A DNA stretch of 64,000 nt from Felis catus. Taxonomy: Eukaryota. The position numbers and the translations under genes are program-made. Location of the stretch: positions 80,416,001 through 80,480,000 of the forward strand of contig NC_058368.1 of the NCBI RefSeq assembly GCF_018350175.1, given 5' to 3'. Numbering within the stretch: position 1 is the first letter of the stretch; each line of letters starts with the position of its first letter. The notes below the pieces were generated by a model, which saw only the letters and a program-made list of their open reading frames with translations, had not been told where the DNA came from and made no database searches. Positions 1 to 12,574 of the stretch are shown piece after piece.

Positions 1-47
1 GCCTGACACAGGCCTTGAACCCATGGGCTGAGCCACCCAGGTGTCCC
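1..47 (-). mobile_element. Can-SINE 5' part, truncated by the window start
   Basis: ctgagccacccaggtgtccc is the reverse complement of the SINE head. Confidence 0.75.
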
Positions 48-1809
48 AAGAGGAGTGTATTTAGTATCAAGAATCTCAAACTGTCCTTGTTTGAAACAAA
101 CAAAAATCAATAACTGCATGCCTAGCTTTCTGAGCATCTCAGGGGCGTGGGCTGCTTTAAGATTCCAAGGCAAGCCTCTGCCAGGGGCACAGGCACAGAC
201 CACCCATGCGGTCTTACAGGTAAGAAGACATGCGGTCTTACAGGAAGGCAGGCAGACAGGGTGGCCGTGGCTCCAGAGGCCACGTGAAGCCCTATCCAGC
301 CCTGGGAAGCCTGCCTGGCAGTGCTGAACTGTGGCTGCCCCAGGACCTGGTGTGGAACCCCAGACCCCAGGAGCAGGCAGGGTGGGCAACGGGCTGACTG
401 GCTGAGGGCACGCGGCCTGGAGAGGCAGGCTGCTGTCCAGGGGACCTGAGCACGCCTACTGTCACCTGGATTGCCAGGGCTGAACCCTACTGCCCTCCAG
501 CTTCTGTTACTGAAGGCTTTCCTGAGGCTTCTTCTGGGACAAAGAAGAGAGTGGTGCCCAGAGAAGGAGGACCCTGTGTGGCCAGGGTGTGCAGGGAGCT
601 GTCACCTCCACTGGGAGTCCTGTCACTAAGAGTCCCCGTCATTACATCAAGCTCTCGAGGGTGACCAGGCAGAATGATTTCCTTCGGGGATGCCCGGAGG
701 GGTCTGTGTCGACCACAACAAAAGAAAGTCGTGCCAACGACAAGCCCCACGCGTGAGTTTTCCCATTTAAACAATTACTTTTAGGCAGAAGTCGTGATGT
801 TCTTTCCAAGGAATGGGCTGTACAATGTGGTCCAAACCACAGTAATTTTCCAAGGGAACACTGGACCGTGGTGCTGCCTCGTGGGCCAGGCCTGGCTCAG
901 ACAGAGAAAGAAGAGAAAATGTGCCGTCAAAGTTAAGCTCTGGCATAGCTCAGAAAAAGTAACCCCGAAGCATGGCTGAGCCTCCGTATTGATTTTCCAG
1001 GGTCTTTCCAGGGAAAGAAGTCGAGGATTGAGGTGTTTTCCCCCAAAATGAGTCAGAGCTCTTGTCTGTCTTTCACATACTTGCTGCCATCACTGGCGGC
1101 CCACGGCACAGGCTGCTGGACATCTCAGTGGAGCATGAGCTAAAGGAATCAGCGGGCAGGACCCATCAGGGTCACAGTCTGGCACAGTGTGCCTGAGAAC
1201 ACAGCTGGGACAGAGGGACATCCCAGTCAAGCACGCCGAGCGTCCTCTCGCAACCAGGGTCCTGGAGACGCTGGGAGAAGTCCTCAGGTGGACAGATGTC
1301 AGCCTGCAAAGCTGGGGTGAGCACTGCCGACTCTCAGTCATGGTGGTGGAAACAGGACGGGGCGAGGGGGGAGCCAACCAAGCTCTGCTCTGCTGTCTTC
1401 TGAGGTCACAGCGTGGAAGCAGGTCACCTGACCCCATGCCCCCGGAAGCCAGGGGCAGTGGTGTCACTACGTTCTTGCCACACGACTGTGAAGAGGGGTG
1501 AAGTGTTCCTCGTCCAGGTGTGAGACCTCTGACATCTGAGCCTTCTCCTCTGCTTTCCTCTGGCCGGAAGCTGGCGTTGACCATTGGGTGACGGCCATGG
1601 CCAGAGCGGAGGGCTGAGCAGTGACTTCCTCCTGCACGGGGCAGAGGAAGGAAAGCTCCGTCCTGGACTGTCCACTTTGAGACTGTTCCACAAGCAGGTA
1701 GTGGATGCATATGGTCTCCAGGTCTTTTTGTTGCAATGGCTTAGCTCCACCCTTACCAAGACAGGCATGGGTGTTCACTCTATTCCCTTATTGCTTAGCA
1801 TGGTACTTT

Positions 1810-2036
1810 ATTTTTAAATGTTTGCTTATTTATCTCAAGAGAGAGAGAATGAGCACACAAGCAGGGGAGGGGCAGAGAGAGATGGAGAATCTCTCCAGAG
1901 AGAGAGAGAATCTCAAGCAGCCTTCACACTGTCAGTGTAGAGCCCTATGCGGGGCTCGAAGTCATGAACCATGAGATCATGACCTGAGCCGAAATCAAGA
2001 GCCGGATGTTTAACCGACTGAGCCACCCAGGCCCCC
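1810..2036 (-). mobile_element. Can-SINE (SINEC_Fc-like)
   Basis: tRNA-derived head, (CT)n tract and A-tail; TSD-like gcatggtacttta / gcatggttacttta. Confidence 0.9.
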
Positions 2037-2077
2037 GGCAGCATGGTTACTTTAGATGTAATGAGAGACGAAAGTCT

Positions 2078-2287
2078 TTTTCCTTTAAGTTTATTTATTT
2101 ATTTTGAGAGATAGAGAGCAAGCAGGGGAGAGGCAGAGAGAGAAGGAGAGAGAGAGAATCCCAAGCAGGCTCCACCCTATCAGCGCAGAGCCTGATGGGG
2201 GGGCTTGAACCCACAAACTGTGAGATCATGACCTGAGCTGAAACCAAGACTTAAGATGCTCAACTGACCAAGCCACCCAGGTGCCCC
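2078..2287 (-). mobile_element. Can-SINE (SINEC_Fc-like)
   Basis: Full SINE structure; TSD-like gaaagtctt on both sides. Confidence 0.9.
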
Positions 2288-3400
2288 TGAGAGAGAAAGT
2301 CTTAATTAATTATTAAGGGTGTGCAGAATCAACACATTTCTGTGCTCTACCCAGGGAGAAACAAGAACTTACCAAAAAAACAGTCACATAACCAAGAAAT
2401 TGTTTTGTGTGCAGCCAGTTGGTTCAGTTGAACCAGAAGATGTCCCTTCACTCGGTACAGCAGGAAATCTCAGCAGACAATGCTCGTGATGAGGAAGATA
2501 GAGGATGACGTGGTTGGTCAGATGATAAATGCCTGTCCTGGAGGAGACCTGTCACCAGTAGAGTTCTCAGAGGGCCTCAGCTAGTGTTAACTGGAGACAG
2601 ATGGCGCCACCCCCCACCCCAAACCCTCCTGTGTCACAGATGAAGGCAGCAAAGACTGGCCACTCCCTCTGATAGTGAAATGACCAGAAGTGGTCATTCT
2701 TCCACCACTAGCAAACTGATAACTTATTAAACAGTATCCTCCTGCAGGATTAAAGATTTTGCTTCCAGATAATACCATGTAAACACATGATTGGATATTT
2801 TAATTAATTACAAACCATTAATTCTGGGGAAAAAAAACAACCTGAACACACCAGGGAATGACCACAAATAGGCCTATTCTGGAGGGGAGCTGACATGTGG
2901 GTAAAGGACACGCCACTGGGAGAGTCTCCTGTTTTCATGGTTTCTAGCCTGAGGTCAGGACCCAGACTTTGCCATCTGGGGCAGCTGAGAGCTGAAAATT
3001 GGCAGCCTCTCTTGTTTGAAGAACCAAAGAAGAGTTTGGGACAACCACAGCCTCTGGAAAGAAAGGAAAAGTTCTGGAAAGAGAGACACAGAGGGGAAGA
3101 AGCCCCAAGTTTTGTGCATAAACTCTGCTCCAATCTCTCGCTGACCCCCAAACCAAGTACACATGGAACAAACACAAACAACTCAGATCAGAATAAAAGA
3201 ACTGAATTGAGATTTGGGCCAATATCCAAGAGACGGCATTGGCAGTTTTAGTTCAACAGAGTGAATCTGTTATTAATACATAAAGCAAAAAAAAAAAAAA
3301 AAAAAAAAATCAACACTCTTCAGAGGAATATAACAGAATGCTGGGTCTCCTTGACAAAACATTCACAATTCCCAGGATACAATCCAAAACTTTACTATTT

Positions 3401-3597
3401 GAATGGCTCTCATCTGGGGGGCGTTTTGCTTCCAATGGGGACATTTGGCAGTCTGGAGAGATATCTGATTGCTGTGACAATGGGGGTTGCTACAGGCAAG
3501 GTAGAGACCAGGAATAAACAAGGTATGAGGCACAGGACAGTCCCCATAACAAAGAATTAGCTGGTCCAAAGTGTCCATAAGGCTGATGTGTTTGAAA
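3401..3597 (+). mobile_element. MER20 (hAT-Charlie non-autonomous DNA transposon)
   Basis: ggggacatttggcagtctggaga...cacaggacagtccccataacaaagaattagctggtccaaagtgtc matches the recalled MER20 consensus. Confidence 0.8.
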
Positions 3598-3904
3598 TAA
3601 AAGGAAAATATGATCCATTCTCAAGAAAATAAAACAGGCAGTGAAGACTCACCTCAAGATAACCGAGATGCTAGAATGAGCAGATAAGCATTTTAAACAG
3701 TTATTATAAATATTCTCAATGATATAAAGGGAAATATACTCATGATTAGTTTTTTAAATCTCAGCATAGAAAGAGAAAAAAAAGGAATCTAATGGAAATT
3801 CTAGAAAAGCAAAAGACAATATTGAAATTTCAGAATTTCTTCTTAAGCCTAGGGTCTTCCTATTCTGCCACCATCTTCCCTCTACCTTCAATTTCAGAAT
3901 TTTT

Positions 3905-4101
3905 TAATTTATTTTTGGGACAGAGAGAGATAGAGCATGAACGGGGGAGGGGCAGAGAGAGAGGGAGACACAGAATCGGAAACAGGCTCCAGGCTCTGAG
4001 CCATCAGCCCAGAGCCCGACGCGGGGCTGGAACTCACGGACCGCGAGATCGTGACCTGGCCGAAGTCAGACGCTTAACTGACTGCGCCACCCAGGCGCCC
4101 C
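3905..4101 (-). mobile_element. Young felid SINEC_Fc
   Basis: CpG-rich young-type head (gtggcgcagtc); 15-bp TSD aatttcagaattttt at 3890-3904 and 4103-4117. Confidence 0.95.
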
Positions 4102-5026
4102 TAATTTCAGAATTTTTATCTGAAATTAAAAGTTTACTAAATGAGATTAACGGTAGGATGGTGATGACAGAAAGAAGAGACCGTAATCGCGAGGGCAGAC
4201 TGATAGAAATTATGTGAAGAATGGAGTCAGAAAGAGGCTTATAAATAAATAAATTAAAGCCTAAAGGCCCTGTGGACAAGAGCAAAAGGTCTAGTATATA
4301 AGTAATTGGAATCCCAGAAGGAAAAGAGAGAGAGGCACAGGCATATAATTGAAAAACTATGGCTGGATTTTTCTTACGCTTGCTAAAATCGCACGTGAAC
4401 AAAGTGAAGAAACTCAGCTACCCCCAAGCAGGATAAATACAAAGAAAACCATGTCTGGACACATCCTAGTCAAGGTGGTGGAAACCTGATCCCCCAGGAG
4501 GGTGAGCAGGGCTCATCTGTGCACCAGAGGGGCTCTGTGATGCAAGGCCCCCAAGAGGACCTGTGATCTGTGTGGCACATGGCTTTTGGAGCAGTCAGCA
4601 AGGTGCTGTCTTGTCCGGGAAGCGGTCATCCTTGTCTGTTTCCTCCTGCTCCCCAACACAGGAGGCATTAGATACTCAGAAGGGCAACTCGTTTTATTTA
4701 GAATTCCATGCAATTGGAGAATTGAATGAGGTGTGGACTGCCTCACTCATATACAGAAATTAATAACTTTCACTTATAAAGAAAAATCTGATGGAGTAAG
4801 GGATACATTTATGACAACAACAACTCTGCTTGCTGCCAGACACAGAAGAAAACATGTAGATGGAGACAGAGTGGATGTTCGTGGGAAAGAATTCACCTTC
4901 TCATAAAGACACCAATACTCTACTTATATAGCGAGCTCGATCCCATTTAAGATATTAGCAGCATTGGGGAATTTAAAAAAAATGGGACAAATAGATTAAA
5001 AGGCTTACAAGGAACACACATGTGAT

Positions 5027-5251
5027 GGGGGCGCCTGGGTGGCTCAGTCGGTTGAGCATCCGACTTCAGCTCAGCTCGTGATCTCGCCGGTCTGTGAGTT
5101 CAAGCCCTGCATCGGGCTCTGTGCTGATGGCTCAGAGCCTGGAGCCTGCTTCAGATTCTGTGTCTCCCTCTCTCTCTCTGCACCTCCCCCGCTCATGGTC
5201 TGTCTCCCTCTATCTCAAGTTTGGATAATAAAACATTAAAAAAAAAAAAAA
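5027..5251 (+). mobile_element. SINEC_Fc
   Basis: ggggcgcctgggtggctcagtcgg head and poly-A tail; TSD acacatgtga. Confidence 0.93.
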
Positions 5252-5439
5252 CAGAAACACATGTGAAATTGCTATGAACTGTTTGTGGAAAGAAAGTGTG
5301 ATAATGCTGGTTGCCCCTGGGAGGAAGTGGTGCGCCTGGGTGCCAGAGGCTGAAGACTCACTTCACTGTATCTCGCAATTTTTCTTTATCATTTTGAGCT
5401 ACGTGAAAACAAAATTTTTGAAAAAAATAAAGTTATTTT

Positions 5440-6700
5440 AAACACTAGTTCGGGGAGATAGTACACCTCTAAGAAAGCCCAGGGAAATACTGAAACAGAA
5501 AAATAATATAATTTCCCATATACTAAAACATGTTATAATGTGGTGTGTGTTCATGAACAGATTGATGGAATGACCTCTAAAGTCCAGAAAACAAATACAA
5601 TATTATTACATAAGTAAGTAGTATTTCAAATCGGTGAGAAAGTGTGTAATCACCTGAAAAAAAAATTTCCAGGAACCCACCCAAATTTACCAGAGTAAAT
5701 ACGATACGGGTAGAAGATTTGAACATGACTAACGGAATATTATAAGTAATAGAAGAAATATGGGAGGATTATCAAACCATCTCTGATTCGGAAAGACATT
5801 TTTAACTCTGACGCAAAGTCTGGAGGCCAGAAAAGATCGATACATTTGACCGACCCCGCTCCCCCACCAACCACGGTATATTAGCTGGCAAACACCGCCA
5901 TAAACAAAGTTCGATGATAATCAATAAATTAGAAGAAATGCTTGTACCCCAAATAACAGAAAAATGGCTAATATATTTCATGATACGAATTCCTAACAGT
6001 CTTTCAAAAGGCCAGGGATTTAATCGGAAGGTGGGAAAAGCATACGAAGAGTTTACGGGGAAAAGCATGGCTGGCTCCTTCGTGCTCAGACTCCCTGCAA
6101 GAAGGTGCAAATTGAAACAACGCCGAAATGTGATTTCTTTATTTCGCGGGTTGGCAAGGATGATTACGAACAAGGTTTGCATTCACGCTGCGTTCGTGAA
6201 AGTGAGGAGGAGACAGGCAGCTTGTACGCGGCTGCGGGGGGCGTGCATTGGAACAGCCGCTGGGAAGCAGTTTTTGAGGGTACGCGGCGCGGTTGAAAGC
6301 GCACGAATTGAAAAGCCTGCAGCAATACCCCCTCCGTGCGCAAAACCGCCCCTGCCCGAGTGTATTTGGCACGGCATTGCTTGCCAATGAGAAACAATGG
6401 AAATAATTTGGTGTCTGTCGGCGGGGGGCCTGGTTAACTAAATAAATGTTGGTGCAGCCACGCGATAGAATACATAAAACCATTTCAAAGAACAGGGACA
6501 CTCTCCGTGTACTGAAGTGAAACCGTCCCCAACATGCAAAGTAGGAGAATGAAAACCACGTGAGGAGGTGTGTGTCGTGCGCCCTCATTTGCAGAAAATA
6601 TGCTGTAAACGTGTATACGTACTGTGCATATCTACGCGAGTGTGTTTTTCACGCAGAATACGTCGTGTCGTCAGGAAGCCACTCAGTCTCTGGGCAGAAG
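5440..6700 (+). mobile_element. Old L1 (L1M-type) ORF2 3' end / 3'UTR relic
   Basis: Degenerate L1 motifs (taactaaataaatgttggtgcagccacgcgatagaatac; cagcaatacccc); no intact frame. Confidence 0.6.
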
Positions 6701-7688
6701 GAACGACAGCCTGACAGATGGAGGTGGTGTCAGCACACGTGTGACATAGTCAAAGAACGACACAGAAATAAATGGAAGGGCAAAGTAAAAGAATTCTAAA
6801 ATTTTCACTTACTCCTTGAGCGGTGTTTGCTTACCTTGTGTGAAGTGACCAAGTAGAGAGCGAACACACCAGGCTTAGAGCAAAAGCAAGACCAGGAGAC
6901 CCGAAATGGAGCCCCGGGTGGAAGTTTTACTGCGAAGCCCGGGGCCCAATCCAGCGCGGCCTGTGGCTCTGGGATGAGGTCCAGCAGAGGGGACGTGGGT
7001 GGCCCCTGAGAACCCAGAGACCATGCAGTTCTCTGTCCCAGGTCGGGAAGCTGTCTCTGACGTGTGGCAGATTGGTGGCTATCTCTGCACCCCTGCTGGG
7101 GGGCACAGGGCTGGCTGGGGGTCTCTACGCTTGCGGATTCCCACCTCAGGATCCTGGCGTCCCTCTGGTCCACACCGCTGTCGGCAGACCAGGCGCCCAG
7201 GGGAGTCCTGGCACCACATCTCTGCTTTCAGGGGGCTTGGGGGCTGGCATCCAGTTCAAGAGAAGCTGTTTTTCACAGCCCGGGAAGGACCAAAGGCCGA
7301 ATGCATCACTGGTCTGTTGGTCTCGTGTTTGTCTGTAATGAATGCAGGGTGACTAAGGGGAAGGGGTCAGGCTGACTGGCAGAATATTCTAGTGAGGAGA
7401 AAGGTTTTCCTCGCATGCATTAATTGCCAATTTGCAAAGAATGTCGTCTTGCTCTGATGATTCCGAAGGCACCTTAGGGTATCATTAGAAACACGGTTTT
7501 ATGGGGAGACAAAAGACTGAGTAACGAAACATTTGCCAGGAAGTGGGGTCTCCCGCCTCAGTGTCCTCTGTACGGACTGCGGGGAGTGGCCCCTGCCTGG
7601 GCTCACAGCGAGAAGGGGCAGACTTCCTTGTCTCAAAGTCTGTGCTGTGACCAACGCTCCCCAAGGCAGGCCAGCATCGGCCCATCAG

Positions 7689-7874
7689 TTTTATTTTTAT
7701 TTTTTAAGTTTATTTATTTATTTAGAGAGAGAGAGATGGAAAGAGAGAGAATCCCAGGTAGGCTCTGTCTGCACTGTCGGCGTGGAGCCCGACTCGGGGC
7801 TCGAATCCAGGACGGAGAGATCATGACCTGAGTCGAAATCAAGAGTCTGATGTTTAACCAACTGAGCCACCCAG
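7689..7874 (-). mobile_element. Can-SINE
   Basis: gagatcatgacctgagtcgaaatcaagagtctgatgtttaaccaactgagccaccca, with a T-rich tail on the left. Confidence 0.88.
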
Positions 7875-8805
7875 TCCCTCAATTGAAGGCACAGCATTGT
7901 GGATCCCTGGACTGGACATGCGTGGACGGGCAGCGGTTGCCAAGCTCCGAAACAAAGGAAGCAGGGCTGTTCCTGGCCCTGCCCTGCGGGGGGCCCGGTG
8001 GCTCACAGGTGCGGCTCCAGGGCAGCAAGTTGAGTGGCCCTGGCGACAGGGGGCGCTTAACGGTCTGCTCCCCGAGAAGCTCAACATTCCCCTCTCTGAA
8101 TCTATGGTATGCAGTTTTATTCATCGCATTTGCCTCACAGGAATTAGTTAATTAAGTGAAACGAGGTTGGAGGAAGTGCTCTGAGCACTGAGAGTAACAA
8201 AAATACTACCCTGCCTTGGGCGGGTCTCCCCACTTAGCCGGGCACTGGCCCCTGTGGGAAAGGTGACGATGTCTTCTTAGCGCTCCGCCAAATCCCCCAC
8301 GTGATCCCTCAACGATTCCCCGAAGTGGGGGTTGGGGTCTCCTCCACGTGGCGGGGGGAAGACTATTTGGGAAGGTCGAGCCATTGTCTGAGCCTCACAG
8401 CTGGAGAGCAGTGGCGCCCCCATTTGACCCAACACATCTGAGGCCCTTGGGAGTCTCACTGTGACGTTTATCGATAAACAGGGCCACGCGCCTTAAGGTG
8501 ATCAGAACAAGCACGTCCACTCTTTCCATGGCACTGGCGGTCATAGCCTGTCCCCCTGTGGCCTGGGACAGTGGCACAAACCCTGGGGCCTCCAACAAAC
8601 ACAGCAAAGCCCAGCTCCCTGGCCCTGGTTCTCAGACATAGCCACCTCCACTGAGCAGGGGCTCCGCGTCCTCGGGCCTTCTGCTGGTCAGGGGCTGCCT
8701 CAGTTAAGAGTCAGCTCAGGGCCTCCAGGCCCATGTGTGGCCTAAGCACGGCCGGCCACCAGCCTTCATGGAGGTCCCTGAGCCTGTGCATTTAAACCCA
8801 GCTGG

Positions 8806-10440
8806 GAAAAACATCCCATGCTCATGGATTGGAAGAATAAATGTTGTTAAAATGTCAATACTACCCAAAGCAGTCTACACATTCAATGCAATCCCAATCA
8901 AAATTGCACCGGCATTTTTCTCGAAGCTAGAACAAGCAATCCTCAAATTTGTATGGAACCACAAAAGACCCCAAATAGCCAAAGTAATATTGAAGAAGAA
9001 GACCAAGGCGGGACGCATCACAATCCCAGACTTTAGCCTCTGCTACAAAGCTGTCATCATCAAGACAGCATGGTATTGGCACAAAAACAGACACATAGAC
9101 CAACGGAATAGAATAGAGACTCCAGAATTGGACCCACAAAAGTACGGCCAACTAATCTTTGACAAAGCAGGAAAGAGCATCCAGTGGAAAAAAGACAGTC
9201 TCTTCAGCAAGTGGTGTTGGGAGAACTGGACGGCAACATGCAGAAGAGTGAACCTGGACCACTTTCTTACACCTGACACAAAAATAAACTCAAAATGGAT
9301 GAAAGACCTAAATGTGAGATAGGAAACCATCAAAACCCTAGGGGAGAAAACAGGCAACAACTTCTCTGACCTCAGCCACAGCAATTTCTTACTCAACACA
9401 TCTCCAAAGGCAAGGGAATTAAAAGCAAAAATGAACTACTGGGATCTCATCAAAATAAAAAGGAAACAATCAACAAAACTAAAAGGCAACTGACAGAATG
9501 GGAAAGGATATTTGCAAATGACATATCAGATAAAGGGTTAGTATCCAAAATCTATGAAGAACTCACCAAACTCAACACCCAAAAACAAATAATCCAGTGA
9601 AGAAATGGGCAGAAAACATGACTAGACACTTTTCCAAAGAAGACACCCAGATAGCCAATAGACACATGAAAAGGTGCTCAATGTCACTCCTCATCAGGGA
9701 AATACAAATCAAAGCCACACCGAGATACCACCTCACACCAGTCAGAGTGGCTAAAATGAACAAGTCAGGAGACTATAGATGCTGGTGAGGATGTGGAGAA
9801 ACGGGAACCCTCTTGCACTGTTGGTGGGAATGCAAACTGGTGCAGCTGCTCTGGAAAACAGTGTAGAGGTTCTTCAAAAAATTAAAAATAGATCTACCCT
9901 ATGACCCAGCAATAGCACTGCTAGGAATTTACCCAAGGGATACAGGAGTGCTGATGCATAGGGGCACTTGTACCCCAATGTTTATAGCAGCACTCTCAAC
10001 AATAGCCAAATTATGGAAAGAGTCTAAGTGTCCATCAACTGATGAATGGATAAAGAATATGTGGTTTATATACACAATGGAATACTACTTGGCAATGAGA
10101 AAGAATGAAATCATGCCATTTTCAGCAACGTGGATGGAACTGGAGGGTATTATGCTGAGTGAAATAAGTCAGAGAAGGACTGATATCATATGTTTTCACT
10201 CATACGTGGATCTTGAGAAACTTAACAGAAGACCATGCGGGGAAGGGAAGGGGAAAAACAGTTTCAAACAGAAAGGGAGGCAAACCCTAAGAGACTCTTC
10301 AATACAGAGAAGAAAGTGAGGGTGGACGGAGGGGTGGGGAAGAGGGAAAATGGGTGATGGGCATTGAAGAGGGCATTTGTTGGGATGAGCCCTGGGTGTT
10401 GTACATAAGCCAACTTGACAATGAATTATATTAAGAAAAT
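8806..10440 (+). mobile_element. 5'-truncated carnivore/felid L1 (ORF2 C-terminus + 3'UTR)
   Basis: ORF2 peptides [22 protein letters not shown]...[11 protein letters not shown] and CTPMFIAALSTIAKLWK, with stops and frameshifts. 12-bp TSD aaacccagctgg (8794-8805) / aaacccggctgg (10441-10452) at a TTT/AAA endonuclease site. Confidence 0.96.
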
Positions 10441-10529
10441 AAACCCGGCTGGCTTATTGAGGTGTTGATTCTTCTTTACCCAGAGTTCCCTTCCATGCTC
10501 ACATTTACCCATTTTCCCTCATTCCAGGC

Positions 10530-10680
10530 CATTCCATTCCATTCCATTCCGTTCTATTCCATTCCATTCCACTTTATTCCATTCCATTCCATTCGATTCT
10601 GTTACTTTCCATTTCGTTCCATTCCATTCTGTTCCATTCCACTTTATTCCATCCCATCCCATCCCATCCCATTCCACCAT
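10530..10680. repeat. Degenerate (ATTCC)n pentamer repeat
   Basis: About 30 imperfect attcc/atccc units. Confidence 0.9.
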
Positions 10681-11254
10681 GCTATGCTATTCTCATTCCT
10701 GTTTTGATAAGGACTGAGGAGAACAACCAACTAGTGAGATTTTCTTCCTCTGGTAGGGATGCTCTCAGCTCACTTTTGTGCTCTGTTCTCTTGCCTCTGC
10801 CTCCTGGAGTTTGTTCTACCACAGAGGCCACTGTGACAGTGCTCCTCCGGTAGCACACATTTGCTGTCCCCCCTGTCCTGCAGTTTAAGGGCAGATAAAG
10901 GGATCAGGCCCAGAGGAATATCCAGAATCTGAAACAAAATGGGTCCAGGGCCAATAGGGGAGGTGCAGTCACAGGTGGGGAGTAGGAGGGAGGCAAATTG
11001 GAAGCTAGGTAGGGGGAGGGTCAGCTGGGGGAGGCCAAGGCAGGCAGCTGGGGGGCAGCAGCGCAGAGGCAGGAAGAGCTGACAGTACAAGGGGGGGCTG
11101 AGAGCCAGGGAGCCCTGAGAGGCACCCCCCTTACAATAAGCCCCTCGGGGCAGGATTACCCCACGGCTCTCCAGGGTGTCTTCTCGGTGGTTCCTTCTCT
11201 TTAATTCTAAACACTCCTGCCTCTAGAGTAAAATATTCCCAGAAGCTCAAAGGA

Positions 11255-11365
11255 CCAACTGTCTTACATGTGTGGAAACTGAGGCTCAGAGAGATAAAGC
11301 GACCGTCCAGGGTCACCCAGCTTGGCACATCTGGGACTTGACGGTGGGTCTCCCAGCTCCTGGCA
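11255..11365 (-). mobile_element. MIR fragment
   Basis: ggaaactgaggctcagagagataaagcgaccgtccagggtcacccagct matches the MIR core. Confidence 0.75.
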
Positions 11366-12283
11366 CCCATGGGTTCTACCGCAGTGCCAGGCTGCCCCCC
11401 GCACAGAGGGATGGCTTCCATAGGGGTGGGACTCCTTTTCTTCCGCTGTGTGCAAAGTGCCACAGCTTGGCGGCCTGCAAATAACACACCACTGGTCACA
11501 GTTTCTGTAGGTTGGAAGCCTGGGCACGGCTTTGGGGGTGCTGGCCACTCTGGCCACTATGTTTCCTTAGTTTCTCCTTTTTCCCCTTGCCGTCAGAGGT
11601 CTTTTGTTCCCAACCCCATGGGAAGTGGCTGCGGGCCCCTGGGCTCAGACAGCACCCCCACTGCATTGCATGCCGGGACGGACTCCGGGAGGAAGTCCAC
11701 AGGGTAACAAGTGCATTTTTACAACATCACTCAATAGCCCCCTTCCCACAGGGGACTTTCAATCAGTTCTTACTGGGAAGTCTTTAGGGCATGTCATAGT
11801 TAAGTAGCCAAGTGGCCGTCCAGAAAGGTCAAAGGACAGAAGGACTAGTAAATGTGCTGCTTTGCGGAACTTTTGTGGCCTTGCTGGTAAAAGGGAGGGG
11901 AGAGCTTTATTTCTGAGTGTTGTGTGTTCTTTCCCTGTGGCCACAACAGTGTGAGCGCATCCATTTTGATTTACTTAAGGAACAGTACTGCTCGAGGAAA
12001 TGACAGAATAACATTCCAAGCAACATTTTTCAATCTGTTTAACCTAGCACTTGAAATGCAATTCTCAAGGCAGAGGAGGGAACGATACAAAAACAAGAAA
12101 ACTGGTCTATGCAGGAGCATTTCCATAATGCAGTCACACCAAAAACTGCCCGAGTGACAAAGCTTTGCAGTGTGGACAGCCCAGAATAAACGGCGGACTC
12201 GCCTGTCTCCTGAAAGAATCTTATTTGTGCTTGTTTTCCCCATTTATGTATCCAGAGAAGTGACATCTGATTAAAAAGCAACA

Positions 12284-12498
12284 GGGGCGCCTGGGTGGCT
12301 CAGTCGGTTAGGCGTCCGACTTCGGCTCAGGTCATGATCTTGCGGTCCGTGGGTTCGAGCCCCGTGTTGGGCTCTGTGCTGACAGCTCGGAGCCTGGAGC
12401 CTATTTCAGATTCTGTGTCTCCCTCTCTCTGACCCTCCCCCATTCATGCCCTGTCTCTCTCTGTCTCAAAAATAATAAATAAACATTTAAAAAAAAAA
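12284..12498 (+). mobile_element. SINEC_Fc
   Basis: Near-consensus head, body and A-tail; TSD-like gcaaca. Confidence 0.93.
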
Positions 12499-12574
12499 GG
12501 CAACAAAAAACCCCATACCTAAGCATGTCAGAAATAGATGTTTTGACAAGTATAAAATAAAAATACTGAATGTT

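Larger units (their letters stand above)
3300..4488 (+). mobile_element. Old L1 (L1M-type) 5'/ORF1 relic, interrupted by MER20, a 50-bp insert and a SINE
   Basis: A-rich degenerate ORF1-like text, e.g. agtaattggaatcccagaaggaaaagagagag and aaaccatgtctggacacatcctagtcaag. Confidence 0.65.

Noticed and set aside
205..244. 16-bp direct repeat catgcggtcttacagg, 24 bp apart
   Set aside because: Small local duplication with no further structure.
5027..5110. tRNA-like A/B boxes at SINE heads (here and in other copies)
   Set aside because: These are the tRNA-derived heads of Can-SINEs, not tRNA genes. Recurrent MAQSV... ORFs are likewise SINE translations.
8735..9322. 195-aa ORF as a host gene or active L1
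   Set aside because: It is a fragment of a 5'-truncated L1 ORF2 with downstream stops and frameshifts, and it lacks the EN and RT domains.
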